A stretch of 64,000 nucleotides of DNA, taken from NCBI GenBank assembly GCA_021513715.1, contig CP084167.1:1184001-1248000 (forward strand), in the 5' to 3' direction. The notes beneath the pieces were generated by a model. The model worked only from the letters and a program-made list of their open reading frames with translations. It had not been told where the DNA came from and did no database searches. The translations under genes and the position numbers were made by a program. Source of the DNA: Candidatus Heimdallarchaeum endolithica (lineage in GTDB: Archaea > Asgardarchaeota > Heimdallarchaeia > Heimdallarchaeales > Heimdallarchaeaceae). Below are positions 20,676 through 29,817 of this stretch, piece after piece. Numbering within the stretch: the first letter of the stretch is position 1; each line of letters opens with the position of its first letter.

Positions 20676-21292
20676 TCTGTTTTCTCCAACTACAGCCAGT
20701 CTAGTGAGAATATAATTTTGTCATTTTCAAGCAGTGGAAATGAATTAATCACTATTTCCTCTATTGAGAATCAGTTTCCATTTCCAAAGATATTTTTCCA
20801 AGTTCGCATAGGTTACTAAAGCCTCAGCTAAATCAATGGTGCTAAAGCCAGTATTAGCCATTAATATCTCAAATACTTCTTTCAATTTAAGGACAAAAGA
20901 ATCATCGATATAATTTTTTCAAGACCATCATACGCTTTTAATATACCCACACTTATGTGGAATTTCAATAGATCTATTCCTTTTAGTTCATTTATAGCGT
21001 CTATTTCTTGTTGGCTTCTTACCATTGTATATATTTTTGTGTATAATATATCTTCCTCTGTTGGTTTTTTGATAATTGCTCCATTAAAATCTTTTATTAT
21101 TACTGTTGCTGGTATAGTTACATTTTCACTGTATAGTTTTATTAGTACATCTATTATCATTCTTTCTTCTGTTCCTTCTGTTGTGTATTTTTCTTTATAT
21201 TTTTCTAGGTATTCTTTTGTTAGTATTTTATTTTCTCTTTTTGCTTTATTTCTTATTTCATCATATAATTTCAATGCTTTATTTTCTGTACT

Positions 21293-22296
21293 AAGCATGT
21301 CCAAAAATTAATTTTTATTAATGTGGGGGTTTATGTCGGAAGTATGAATTTCTTTCAGATCATAGACCCCCACAAAGCAAGAGAATTCATAATCATTAAT
21401 GAACCTTTCCTTAAGAAACTGGTGAAAGAGGAACCGAGAGAAAGCAAGAGAGGGAGAAAGAGAATAGCAGAAAGATGGGTGATACTGGCTTTAGCAATCA
21501 TTGCTAGAATAGAAGGGATAGCTTGGAGGAAGTTAGAGGAAAAGTTGTCTTTATGCGATTTTTTGATAGAAGAGGGGTGGATGAAGAAGATTCCTTCTAA
21601 ATCTACTTTTCATGCAGTGTGGAGAGCGACAGAAAGTAAAATCTTAGAGCAGTGGATAATAGATTTAGGTAGGGAAATAGTGAGGAAAAAAGGCTTGAAA
21701 GCTATGGCAGTGGATAGTTCAGGGTTTAAAATCCGTCAAGCTTCTGTTTGGCGTTTTCTCAAATGGTCAAGAGGGACACTAAAGAAAACCTCTAAACTTT
21801 TCTGGAAGATACACCTTATAGTTGGTTTACCCTCTCGAGCTATAGTCTCTCTCGCTCATTCTGCTAGTAACACTCACGATAGTAAAGTCTTCGGTTTACT
21901 CTGGCAGAAACTTCCTTCTGCACTCTTGAGACCTTTCTTGCGATTTTATGGAGACTGTGCCTACTGGACAGAAAATATCGTTGGACTTCTTAGCCAACAT
22001 TCCTTTTTCCCTGTTATTCCCCCAAAAAGTAATGCTCGTTATCCCTCTCCTCCTCCCCTCGGACCAATAGTTCAAGCTCATCGTCTCTACCCTGGTCTGT
22101 ATCGTCGTAATCATCATCCCGAGTATCGTAGTAGTATTGAACACGTCTTTGGTCTCCTTAAACTCTCTCTTCCCCCAATCCTTGATCGTTTACCCTCCAC
22201 CATCCTCTCTACCTTGTACAGTTCTCTTCTCTGTTACAACTACCTTTTACTCCTTCGGACCGTTTAGTAGGTGAAAAAGAATTTTTGGACATGCTT
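21293..22296 (+). mobile_element. Insertion sequence, copy 2 (1004 bp)
   Basis: Same 17-bp TIRs as copy 1; duplication TCTGTACT at 21285-21292 and 22297-22304; only a few substitutions versus copy 1. Confidence 0.95.
21323..22267 (+). CDS. DDE transposase (IS5 family-like)
   Basis: Identical to the 5036-5980 protein except for one E-to-D change. Confidence 0.9.
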   Translation: MGVYVGSMNFFQIIDPHKAREFIIINEPFLKKLVKEEPRESKRGRKRIAERWVILALAIIARIEGIAWRKLEEKLSLCDFLIEEGWMKKIPSKSTFHAVWRATESKILEQWIIDLGREIVRKKGLKAMAVDSSGFKIRQASVWRFLKWSRGTLKKTSKLFWKIHLIVGLPSRAIVSLAHSASNTHDSKVFGLLWQKLPSALLRPFLRFYGDCAYWTENIVGLLSQHSFFPVIPPKSNARYPSPPPLGPIVQAHRLYPGLYRRNHHPEYRSSIEHVFGLLKLSLPPILDRLPSTILSTLYSSLLCYNYLLLLRTV

Positions 22297-22348
22297 TCTG
22301 TACTATCTATTTTTTTAAGATAAATTAAACTTTTTTGAGTTCTTCTTT

Positions 22349-22879
22349 TTGAAAAATCATGTTTTTGAAGTTCGCTATATGTTAATGTTTCCATCGCTAG
22401 ACGGAATAGTATACGCAATAGATTGCAATAGTGCTGGAGGTGCATCAATACGAACTTTTTGGCAAGGAATATCTGGAGATTACACTCATTCACGGAATAT
22501 GGAACTGATTGATGAAGACAAGGATTTGCTATCAGCATGGACTGAAAGGCAAATACTAACCAATGCAAAAATAAACGATACGGATGGGGACTCGTTACCT
22601 GATGGATATGAATTTATCGCATTGTTCACAGATCCTACACTTAAAGATACAGATGGAAATGGACTGACAGATGATAACGAAGACATGGATAATGATGGTT
22701 TAACTAATATCGAAGAATATATACGTAAAACAAATCCTTGGAAATGGGATACAGATTGGGACACATTACCAGATGGATATGATATATTTCCCCTATTTCC
22801 AGATGGATGGATCTATTATGGAATACTTGGTTCAGTTATTGTATTAGTTGTTGTAAAATTATACAAAAAGAAAAGATAA
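22349..22879 (+). pseudogene. 5'-truncated surface protein with TSP3-like DxDxDG repeats and a TM anchor
   Basis: Aligns by eye with the post-propeller half of 54709-57000 (WQG.GG/WQG.SG, IDED.D.L, DTD.D.LPDG, DGLTNIEEY); has no signal peptide and no propeller. Confidence 0.6.
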
Positions 22880-23006
22880 ACTAAAAACAGGATATTGACC
22901 TATACTCTTGTTTGAAATACTAGTTTGATATCTATCATTTTTTTAAGCTTGATAAAAACTTGATAAGAAAGAGAATAGAATATCTGAATTCTTTTTTCTT
23001 TTTTTT

Positions 23007-23573
23007 TTATATTTTTCTTATTATTTCTATTGCTTCTTCTACTTCTTTTACTCTTATTATTTTTTCTCTTTCTTTTTCATCTATTTTTTCTTCTTTTGCT
23101 ATTTTTTCGCTCCACCCACCTGATTTTTCTATTAATATTATTTTTTTACCATATTGCCACGCCATAGCTATCTCCGATAATGTTCCTGCTCCCCCTCCTA
23201 TCCCTACCACAACATCTGCCGACAGCACGATTATTTGATTTCTTGCATAACTCATTCCTGTTGGTATCACTATATCCACGTATTCATTTGCTGTTTCTTT
23301 TTTTGTTGTCGGCAATATTCCTACTGTCATTCCTTCTCTGTATTTTTTTGCTTTTTTTGCTCCTTTACACACTTCTTTCATTATTCCATCTCTTCCCCCA
23401 CATATTATTCTGCAATTATTTTCTACTAGTTTTTCTCCAAGTTCTTTTGCTATTTTTTTTAATTCTTCGTTTATTTCTCCCCCCTTACCTATTACTGCTA
23501 CTTGCTTTATTTTATTCACTTTCTCCCCTCCAAAAGTTATTAGTTTCAAAAAGTTGTTTAGTTTTTTGTTCAA
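23007..23573 (-). CDS. LOG/SLOG family Rossmann-fold protein (TIGR00725-like)
   Basis: CGG..GIM, GILP, TGMSYARN and GGGAGTLSEI motifs. The real start is probably the GTG near 23519. Confidence 0.88.
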   Translation of the reverse strand: MNKKLNNFLKLITFGGEKVNKIKQVAVIGKGGEINEELKKIAKELGEKLVENNCRIICGGRDGIMKEVCKGAKKAKKYREGMTVGILPTTKKETANEYVDIVIPTGMSYARNQIIVLSADVVVGIGGGAGTLSEIAMAWQYGKKIILIEKSGGWSEKIAKEEKIDEKEREKIIRVKEVEEAIEIIRKI

Positions 23574-23592
23574 ATTTTTACTTTTTTTTGAT

Positions 23593-24495
23593 TTAATTAT
23601 ATCTTTTTGACATTGCTTTCATCAGTTTTGCTTGGAATTTTGTTCTTTTGTTGAATGGTATATTTAGTTGATATCTTTTTGTAAACAGTTTTTGTAATTC
23701 TCTGTGTTCATTATGGTACATTCCTATTACAAATTTTGCTTGTTCTTCTAGTAATGTTTCATAATTTTCATTTAATATTAAGTCTATATAGTAATTTAGG
23801 AAATATTTTTCTTCCTTTGCTATTTTTTCTACTTTTGACTGCTTATTTTTTACTATTACTTTTTCTTCTTTCTTTTTTTCATATTTTCCGAAGAAATATA
23901 GTACATTGTGTACCAGTTGATTTTGACATGTTTTATCTGAATATGAGATTAGAGAAAAGTCATAACTTGCTTCATATGGTATTGCTTTATCTACTAGTGC
24001 TGCAAGTTCAATCAATCCCTCTTCGCTTAGATTTGGTTGTAAAATCACTTTTTCTTGTATCATTGCTGAAACTACAATTTCTCTTAGAGTTTTGTCATCT
24101 ATTTTTTCATGTATTTTGTTTTTTTCTTTTCTAAAGACATTTTCTGGCAATATTTGAGGTTCTTGTTTAATAGTGTTGAATAGTTCTGAGTAAATTAAAG
24201 GTGATGCATAATATAATAACGAATTAAAATTATATTCCTCTGATGATACTATTATATTTTGAGCAAGCGCTTTAGGTCTTCCAAATGGGTCTACCCCATC
24301 ACTTCTTACTAGTTTTACCACTACATCTCCTGTATTTTGCATTGTGAACTTTGAAACGTATTTTATATGCTTTTTTTGCTTACTTGACAATTCTGGGAGG
24401 AAAATAATTGAATTTTCTTTCAATTCTTCTGGTATATTTGCCAACCAGATTTTATATCCGTACTTGTCATCTCTCTTTGTCACAACTTGGTACAT
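23593..24495 (-). CDS. Hypothetical protein, possibly DENN-like or GAP1-N-like
   Basis: A DPFGR hairpin motif, then a helix-strand-helix-Pro pattern resembling a cDENN core. Confidence 0.45.
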   Translation of the reverse strand: MYQVVTKRDDKYGYKIWLANIPEELKENSIIFLPELSSKQKKHIKYVSKFTMQNTGDVVVKLVRSDGVDPFGRPKALAQNIIVSSEEYNFNSLLYYASPLIYSELFNTIKQEPQILPENVFRKEKNKIHEKIDDKTLREIVVSAMIQEKVILQPNLSEEGLIELAALVDKAIPYEASYDFSLISYSDKTCQNQLVHNVLYFFGKYEKKKEEKVIVKNKQSKVEKIAKEEKYFLNYYIDLILNENYETLLEEQAKFVIGMYHNEHRELQKLFTKRYQLNIPFNKRTKFQAKLMKAMSKRYN

Positions 24496-24621
24496 TAACG
24501 ATACATCTTTTTGATTTTTCAGTAATTTTACTGTTATTTATTAAATATCTTTCTATTGTAAAAATTTTTCCTCTTTCTTTTTGAAAATATTCTTATAGTT
24601 TTTTTAGTTAATTAGTATATC

Positions 24622-25653
24622 TTGAAAAAAAATCGTGATTTATCTGAATTATTCTCTATTATTGATAATCAATTAATTAATTCTCCTCTCAAAGCGATTG
24701 AACTCTTAGAAGATAATTCAGAACACTTTGAGGACGATATTCTTTTTTTCTTACGTCTAGGAGAACTTTATTTTGAACAAAAAAAATACGACAGTGCTTT
24801 ACTTTCTTTTTCCCGTGCATTAGAGCTTGAGCCTGAAAATGTTGAAGTATTATCCCACATCAGTGACGTTTATATCAAGAAAAATGATTACACCCAAGCA
24901 GAAGTTGCTCTCTTAAAGGCTATAGAATACGAACCCAAGAATGCTTTATTATTAAGTAAGCTTGCTAACTTATATTTTGACATAGGTAAATATTATGAGT
25001 CTCAACAATTACTTATTCAAGCAATAGAAGAAGAACCCAAAGCAGAATATTATTCTTTGCTTGCAACCATCTATAAGAAAATGGATAATGACATTGCTTG
25101 TTGGAACACTTTAGTTAAAGCTGAGCAATTATTTCCTGAAAATATAAACATTCTCAACCAGATTGGAGCTTACTATTTTGATTTGGATAATTTTTCAAAA
25201 GCTTTATCTTATTTTCAAAGTGCTCTTGCTTTAGATCCTGAAAATCAATATTCTCTCTTCCAATTAGCAAAAACTTTTGAGAAAATGAACGACCCTTACA
25301 ATGCTATTGACATTTATTCAAAAATTGTAGAAATTAATCCAGACCATGCTTTAGCTTATTATTATTTAGGTAAACTTTATTCTTCTCTTGGAGACTTTGT
25401 CCAATCACTAACTTGCTATTCTAAATGTTTAGAACTTGATCCTTCTTTTTTTGATGCTGCTTTAGATTTAGCTTCCATTCATTGGGTTTCAAAGAATTAT
25501 AATAAAGCAATATCAGTTTTAGAAGAAACTTTAAAATTTTCCAAGGAAGATGAAATATACAAGATGATGATCAACATTTATGAGGAAATAGGTGAAGAAA
25601 CCAAGGCTAAATATTATAGGAAGTTGTTAGAAAAAAATAATAATGAGGATTAA
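24622..25653 (+). CDS. Tetratricopeptide repeat protein
   Basis: About 8-9 34-aa TPR repeats ending in A.EL.P-like motifs. Confidence 0.92.
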   Translation: MKKNRDLSELFSIIDNQLINSPLKAIELLEDNSEHFEDDILFFLRLGELYFEQKKYDSALLSFSRALELEPENVEVLSHISDVYIKKNDYTQAEVALLKAIEYEPKNALLLSKLANLYFDIGKYYESQQLLIQAIEEEPKAEYYSLLATIYKKMDNDIACWNTLVKAEQLFPENINILNQIGAYYFDLDNFSKALSYFQSALALDPENQYSLFQLAKTFEKMNDPYNAIDIYSKIVEINPDHALAYYYLGKLYSSLGDFVQSLTCYSKCLELDPSFFDAALDLASIHWVSKNYNKAISVLEETLKFSKEDEIYKMMINIYEEIGEETKAKYYRKLLEKNNNED

Positions 25654-25655
25654 GG

Positions 25656-26063
25656 TTGCTATTTCTTCCAATCATCTCTTTTTCACAAGGATTAAAAGGT
25701 TCATATCTTCTTTTTATTCAGCTTAACAAAAGAATAACTATTAATTTGAGTAAGAAACATTTTTCTCTTGAAGAAGCTTGTTACATTTATGTTGGGAGTG
25801 CTTTTGGTGCAGGTGGGTTAAAATCTCGAGTCTCTCATCATCTTTTAAAAGAGAAAACTCAACGTTGGCACATTGACTTCTTGACTACCTCTCCTTATTC
25901 TGAAATTGTAGGAGTTGTTTATTTCATTGATCAAAAGGTTGAGTGCTATTTAGGAAAACTTTTCTCCTCATTCTCCTCTTTAGAACCAGTTTTTGGTTTT
26001 GGAAACTCAGATTGTAAAGCAAATTGTGATAGCCATCTATATAAAATTGTAAAATCAAAATAA
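25656..26063 (+). CDS. GIY-YIG (Uri/DUF123) nuclease family protein
   Basis: KGSY, YIYVGSA, R..HH, WHIDFL and FGNSDC..C.SHL motifs. Confidence 0.9.
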   Translation: MLFLPIISFSQGLKGSYLLFIQLNKRITINLSKKHFSLEEACYIYVGSAFGAGGLKSRVSHHLLKEKTQRWHIDFLTTSPYSEIVGVVYFIDQKVECYLGKLFSSFSSLEPVFGFGNSDCKANCDSHLYKIVKSK

Positions 26064-26136
26064 AATGAAGCTTTAATGAAACCTTCAAAGATTTTTTTTG
26101 GGTAAGATTTAATAAACAAATAAGGGAAAAAAAATT

Positions 26137-26538
26137 ATGGCAAGTGCAGTTGTCGAACAATTACTAAATCTTGCTGTTGAAATAGTTTTATTCTATGCTG
26201 CAGCAGCAATTATAAGCGCTTCAATGTTTTCTAGAAAAGCTAAGAGGTGGAGTTGGGTTAACCTGATTATGGCTATTATTGTAAGTTTAGCTTGGACTTT
26301 CTCTATCAATCTCTTCAACGGAAGAGCAGCCGCAGCGACTTTCGGTATTATACTTTTTATTATTTGCTTTTTCTTATGGACTGTTGCTGCAGATATTTCT
26401 GATAGACGTGCAGTATATGCAGCTCTTTTATCTCTTCTACTATGGTTCCTTTTCTGCTGGATTCTGATTATTATCCTCCACTTATTTGAAGTACATTTAT
26501 TTGACAGTATTCCATACCTATTTAGCTATTTCACATAG
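26137..26538 (+). CDS. Hypothetical 4-TM membrane protein
   Basis: Four hydrophobic segments. Confidence 0.65.
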   Translation: MASAVVEQLLNLAVEIVLFYAAAAIISASMFSRKAKRWSWVNLIMAIIVSLAWTFSINLFNGRAAAATFGIILFIICFFLWTVAADISDRRAVYAALLSLLLWFLFCWILIIILHLFEVHLFDSIPYLFSYFT

Positions 26539-27955
26539 AAAAAAAGTCAACAAATTGATTCAAATCTAAAGAATAATTAATTTTATTCTTTACTTTTTTT
26601 TCTTTCTCATATTTATTAAAAAATAGAGGAAAACGCTCATTTACTGTGTCAATAAAATAAATAAGCAGTTCTACTAATCTAAAATTTATTTCACATTCTA
26701 TTTTGTTAACGTTTCCTGTTATTGATTGTTTTTCTTTCCAGTCAACACATGGTCCCCCACATATATATCTAATAGGGCAAGATGAGCACTCTTTTATTTT
26801 TTCTACTGACTTTACTACATCATTATCAAGTTCTTGCATATTTAGTTTCTTACTCCATACTCCAAGTTTGTATTTTTCATTACCAATAAGGCTGGAACAA
26901 GGATAGATTTCTGAATTTGGACTTACACATACAGCTGTTAATCCTGCAGGACAACGAGTAAACAACTTTTCTCTTGACAATAATCTATTCAAATAGCGTA
27001 AGATATAATCAGTAGGACCAATTTTTTTTAAGAATTCTAGTAGTTCTTTTTCTTTCAATGTTAGCAAATAGTCAATCAAATTTTCAATTTTTTTTAGAAA
27101 AGTGCTTAATTTTCTCTTATCCCATGCTTGAGGATGAGTACTCTCTATTCTAAGAATTCTTAGAGAAACATAATCAAAAAATTTTGAATAATAAGAATAA
27201 AGAGAAACTAAATTTTCTATCATTGGATGTATTGGTATTATTAAATGTTTTACTACTTCTTTTCTTATTTTTGACAAGTTATCTATGACTTTTTTTCTCA
27301 CCTCTTCATTTTCACTATCAAGAGTAACTGTCAAGAACTTGTATTCATTTACAAAATCAACAAAACCTTGTTTAGGAGAAAAAAAGTTAGTAGAAGGAAG
27401 AAAATAGTAAATGGGAAATGAATAATCTTTTTTTATTTGCTCAATGAATAGAACTATTTCACGGAAATATTCAAAATTTAGTGTTACGTCACTTGTATAA
27501 AAGAGACTTATTCCTAGAGCTGTTTCTGATTTTCTTTTCTTTTTAAAATCTGCAAAATACCTAATTATTTCCTTGGATTTCTCTATTTCCAATTTATTAT
27601 TCTCTTTTTTTCTTTCATTTTTTGCATAACAAAACCAACAATCTAAGTTGCATTCATTTGAAGGATTAATAACCAAATAGTCAAATGAAAAATTTTTTTT
27701 TTCAAATTTTTTACTTTCTCCTTTTTCATCTATAATGAACTTTCTTTTCTTTAACATATTTATTTGTTCAATGATCCCTTGATATTTTTTCTCTGAGCAA
27801 CATTCTTCTAACTCTTTTAAAGACAAAAATCTTTTTTTGTTGGTACATAATTCAGAATCGCTTATTTTCCAAAAAAACCTGGTTTCAGGAGTATAAATGT
27901 AGGATTTACCATTATAAGAAAAAATCAAGATATTGATATATTGTTGTTCTAGCAT
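26531..27955 (-). CDS. Radical SAM/SPASM domain protein (putative peptide maturase)
   Basis: CNLDCWFC; SPASM motif CPAG...IYPC...CSSC..RYICGGPC...C; N-terminal RRE/PqqD-like segment. Confidence 0.88.
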   Translation of the reverse strand: MLEQQYINILIFSYNGKSYIYTPETRFFWKISDSELCTNKKRFLSLKELEECCSEKKYQGIIEQINMLKKRKFIIDEKGESKKFEKKNFSFDYLVINPSNECNLDCWFCYAKNERKKENNKLEIEKSKEIIRYFADFKKKRKSETALGISLFYTSDVTLNFEYFREIVLFIEQIKKDYSFPIYYFLPSTNFFSPKQGFVDFVNEYKFLTVTLDSENEEVRKKVIDNLSKIRKEVVKHLIIPIHPMIENLVSLYSYYSKFFDYVSLRILRIESTHPQAWDKRKLSTFLKKIENLIDYLLTLKEKELLEFLKKIGPTDYILRYLNRLLSREKLFTRCPAGLTAVCVSPNSEIYPCSSLIGNEKYKLGVWSKKLNMQELDNDVVKSVEKIKECSSCPIRYICGGPCVDWKEKQSITGNVNKIECEINFRLVELLIYFIDTVNERFPLFFNKYEKEKKVKNKINYSLDLNQFVDFFSM

Positions 27956-28155
27956 ACAGACCCTGTCTCTTCGTATTCAGATTCTTCTTCATCACTTTTT
28001 TCATCTTGTATAAAGAAAGCTACTTTATCTAACGCAGAATTTTTGTCAATAAATTTACCCAACCTTTTTTTCTTTTTAGTATCATATACTACCCACCACC
28101 CATCGCTTTCATCTTTGTAAATCTCAAAATCTCCACACTTTTCTCTTTCTGCCAT
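27949..28155 (-). CDS. Small protein, candidate substrate of the radical SAM enzyme
   Basis: 68 aa, overlaps the rSAM start; compact beta-beta-beta-alpha-like N-terminus and an acidic tail ending TGSVC. Confidence 0.6.
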   Translation of the reverse strand: MAEREKCGDFEIYKDESDGWWVVYDTKKKKRLGKFIDKNSALDKVAFFIQDEKSDEEESEYEETGSVC

Positions 28156-28344
28156 ATAGCAAAGTTCAACTAAACATTTTAAAAGTTTTTAGCTATTTTT
28201 ATTCTTAATCCGACGAATAATTTATATTAATTAGAACAGAGAATAGTAATAATAGATATTATTAACCATTGTTAATCAACTAAATTAAGAAAAAAACAAA
28301 CTAATTTAGAATGTATCAGATAGTGTAATAAGGAGTAAATAAGA

Positions 28345-29817
28345 TTGAATAATGAGGACACAAAACAAAAAAAACAAGTTAATTTATTAATATATCAAAA
28401 AGGGGATTACTTTTCTTCCGACATTTTTCCTGTTGAGCATATAGAAACTTCAAAACATAAAGAAATTAAAAAAGATATAAAGGAATTATTAAAAGAAGAA
28501 TTCTTTACTAAAAGCGAAATTTACCCCCTTGTCAGTTATTTCAAGGGGTGGAATTATTCAACAAAAAGGTTTTCTAATGCTAATCTTTTTTCCATAAGAA
28601 AAAATTATGAATCATCTAGTTTAGTTAATATAGCATTAATTGAAGAGGAAATTAATTTAATTAAAGCCCTTCAAGAGATAAATTTTATTCTTGATACACT
28701 TGATGGTATCTATAACAAAATCGTTCTAGTACAGTCTAAACTATCCACAATGGAAAGAGATAGAGAAACAGACGACCCTTATTTAGAACTAGAAAAAAAA
28801 CTCAATCTCTTGGGAAAATACTATCATTGGATGCTTTACGAAGAGAAATCTTTATCCACAAAGGAAAAAGAAGATGTAATTCAAAAAACAATGTTAACAT
28901 CTGTTCTCTTACTCAGATTGAAGATTCATTCTGACAGACTTCAATGTTTGGGTGTCTGTAATAAAACTTTTACAAAGACAGAACATGAAAAAGAAAATTG
29001 TGATTGTGATGGAGAAATTGTTCTTGCCCCACCATATTTTGAGATAGCAGACATTTCATTTGTTTATCCTGAGCAATACAGTGATATAATCAAAGATGAT
29101 AAAGAGTCATCACCAAAAGAAATCATTCAAAAAGTTAATCGAGCAACTTTTCCTTATTTTCTCTTATTATTATTTAATCAGATTAATCATACATATTTTA
29201 GCAATAATCTAATTTTTCCAAAATATAGTCTATGGGAATATGCAAGCACAAGAGACATAACAAAAATTAATTTTGATTTTTTACCAATAACAGATACAGA
29301 AGCTTTCTTAGTTGCGTACATTAGTGATTCGAGATACAATCATAAAAACCTTGAATCGTCAGTAATAATCCCTGTTCTTTCAAGAAAAATAACTAGCAAT
29401 CTAAAGGAAGGATATAGTTGGCATTCAACTATAGAAAATACTCAAATACACCATTGGAAGATTACACCTTTTCTTCCCCTTGCTGATATTGGCAAATATA
29501 TGAAGTTAGAAGAGATTCAATTAATCGAAACTAAAGAGAAAACAGAAGTAGATTTAGCCAAAATTGGTCAAGAAGAAGAAACTCAACCTATTCAAAATCA
29601 AGTAGACGAAAAAAAGGATATTAAGGAGAAACTAGTAGAATTTCAAGAGGAGAGCATTATTGAACCTCTAGAAAAGAAAGTTGTTTATGGATCCAGAATT
29701 ACTGTTAATAAAAAAGAAAAAGATGAAGAAATAGAAGTTCCCAACTTTAAGAAAGAGATTATCAAGCAAGAACCAATAAAACAAGAAGAGCAAGAGGAGG
29801 AAAAAAACAATGAGTAA
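28345..29817 (+). CDS. Hypothetical protein (Cys cluster, low-complexity E/K tail)
   Basis: 490-aa ORF; CLGVC...CDC; SD GGAG. Confidence 0.7.
   Translation: MNNEDTKQKKQVNLLIYQKGDYFSSDIFPVEHIETSKHKEIKKDIKELLKEEFFTKSEIYPLVSYFKGWNYSTKRFSNANLFSIRKNYESSSLVNIALIEEEINLIKALQEINFILDTLDGIYNKIVLVQSKLSTMERDRETDDPYLELEKKLNLLGKYYHWMLYEEKSLSTKEKEDVIQKTMLTSVLLLRLKIHSDRLQCLGVCNKTFTKTEHEKENCDCDGEIVLAPPYFEIADISFVYPEQYSDIIKDDKESSPKEIIQKVNRATFPYFLLLLFNQINHTYFSNNLIFPKYSLWEYASTRDITKINFDFLPITDTEAFLVAYISDSRYNHKNLESSVIIPVLSRKITSNLKEGYSWHSTIENTQIHHWKITPFLPLADIGKYMKLEEIQLIETKEKTEVDLAKIGQEEETQPIQNQVDEKKDIKEKLVEFQEESIIEPLEKKVVYGSRITVNKKEKDEEIEVPNFKKEIIKQEPIKQEEQEEEKNNE

Larger units (their letters stand above)
20742..22360 (-). 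pseudogene. Hypothetical gene interrupted by IS copy 2 and apparently frameshifted
   Basis: Removing the IS joins ...LIYLKKIDST to ENKALKLY.... The reading frame appears to shift at two A6 runs (about 22331-22336 and 20914-20919). Boundaries are approximate. Confidence 0.5.

Noticed and set aside
22960-24134. Plus-strand F/L/S-rich ORFs, and similar ones at 20955-21311 and 55955-56948
   Set aside because: They are antisense shadows of A-rich genes; stop codons are depleted by the skew.
20676-25000. Intact provirus integrated at tRNA-Pro
   Set aside because: No integrase, no structural genes and no duplicated tRNA 3' end were seen.
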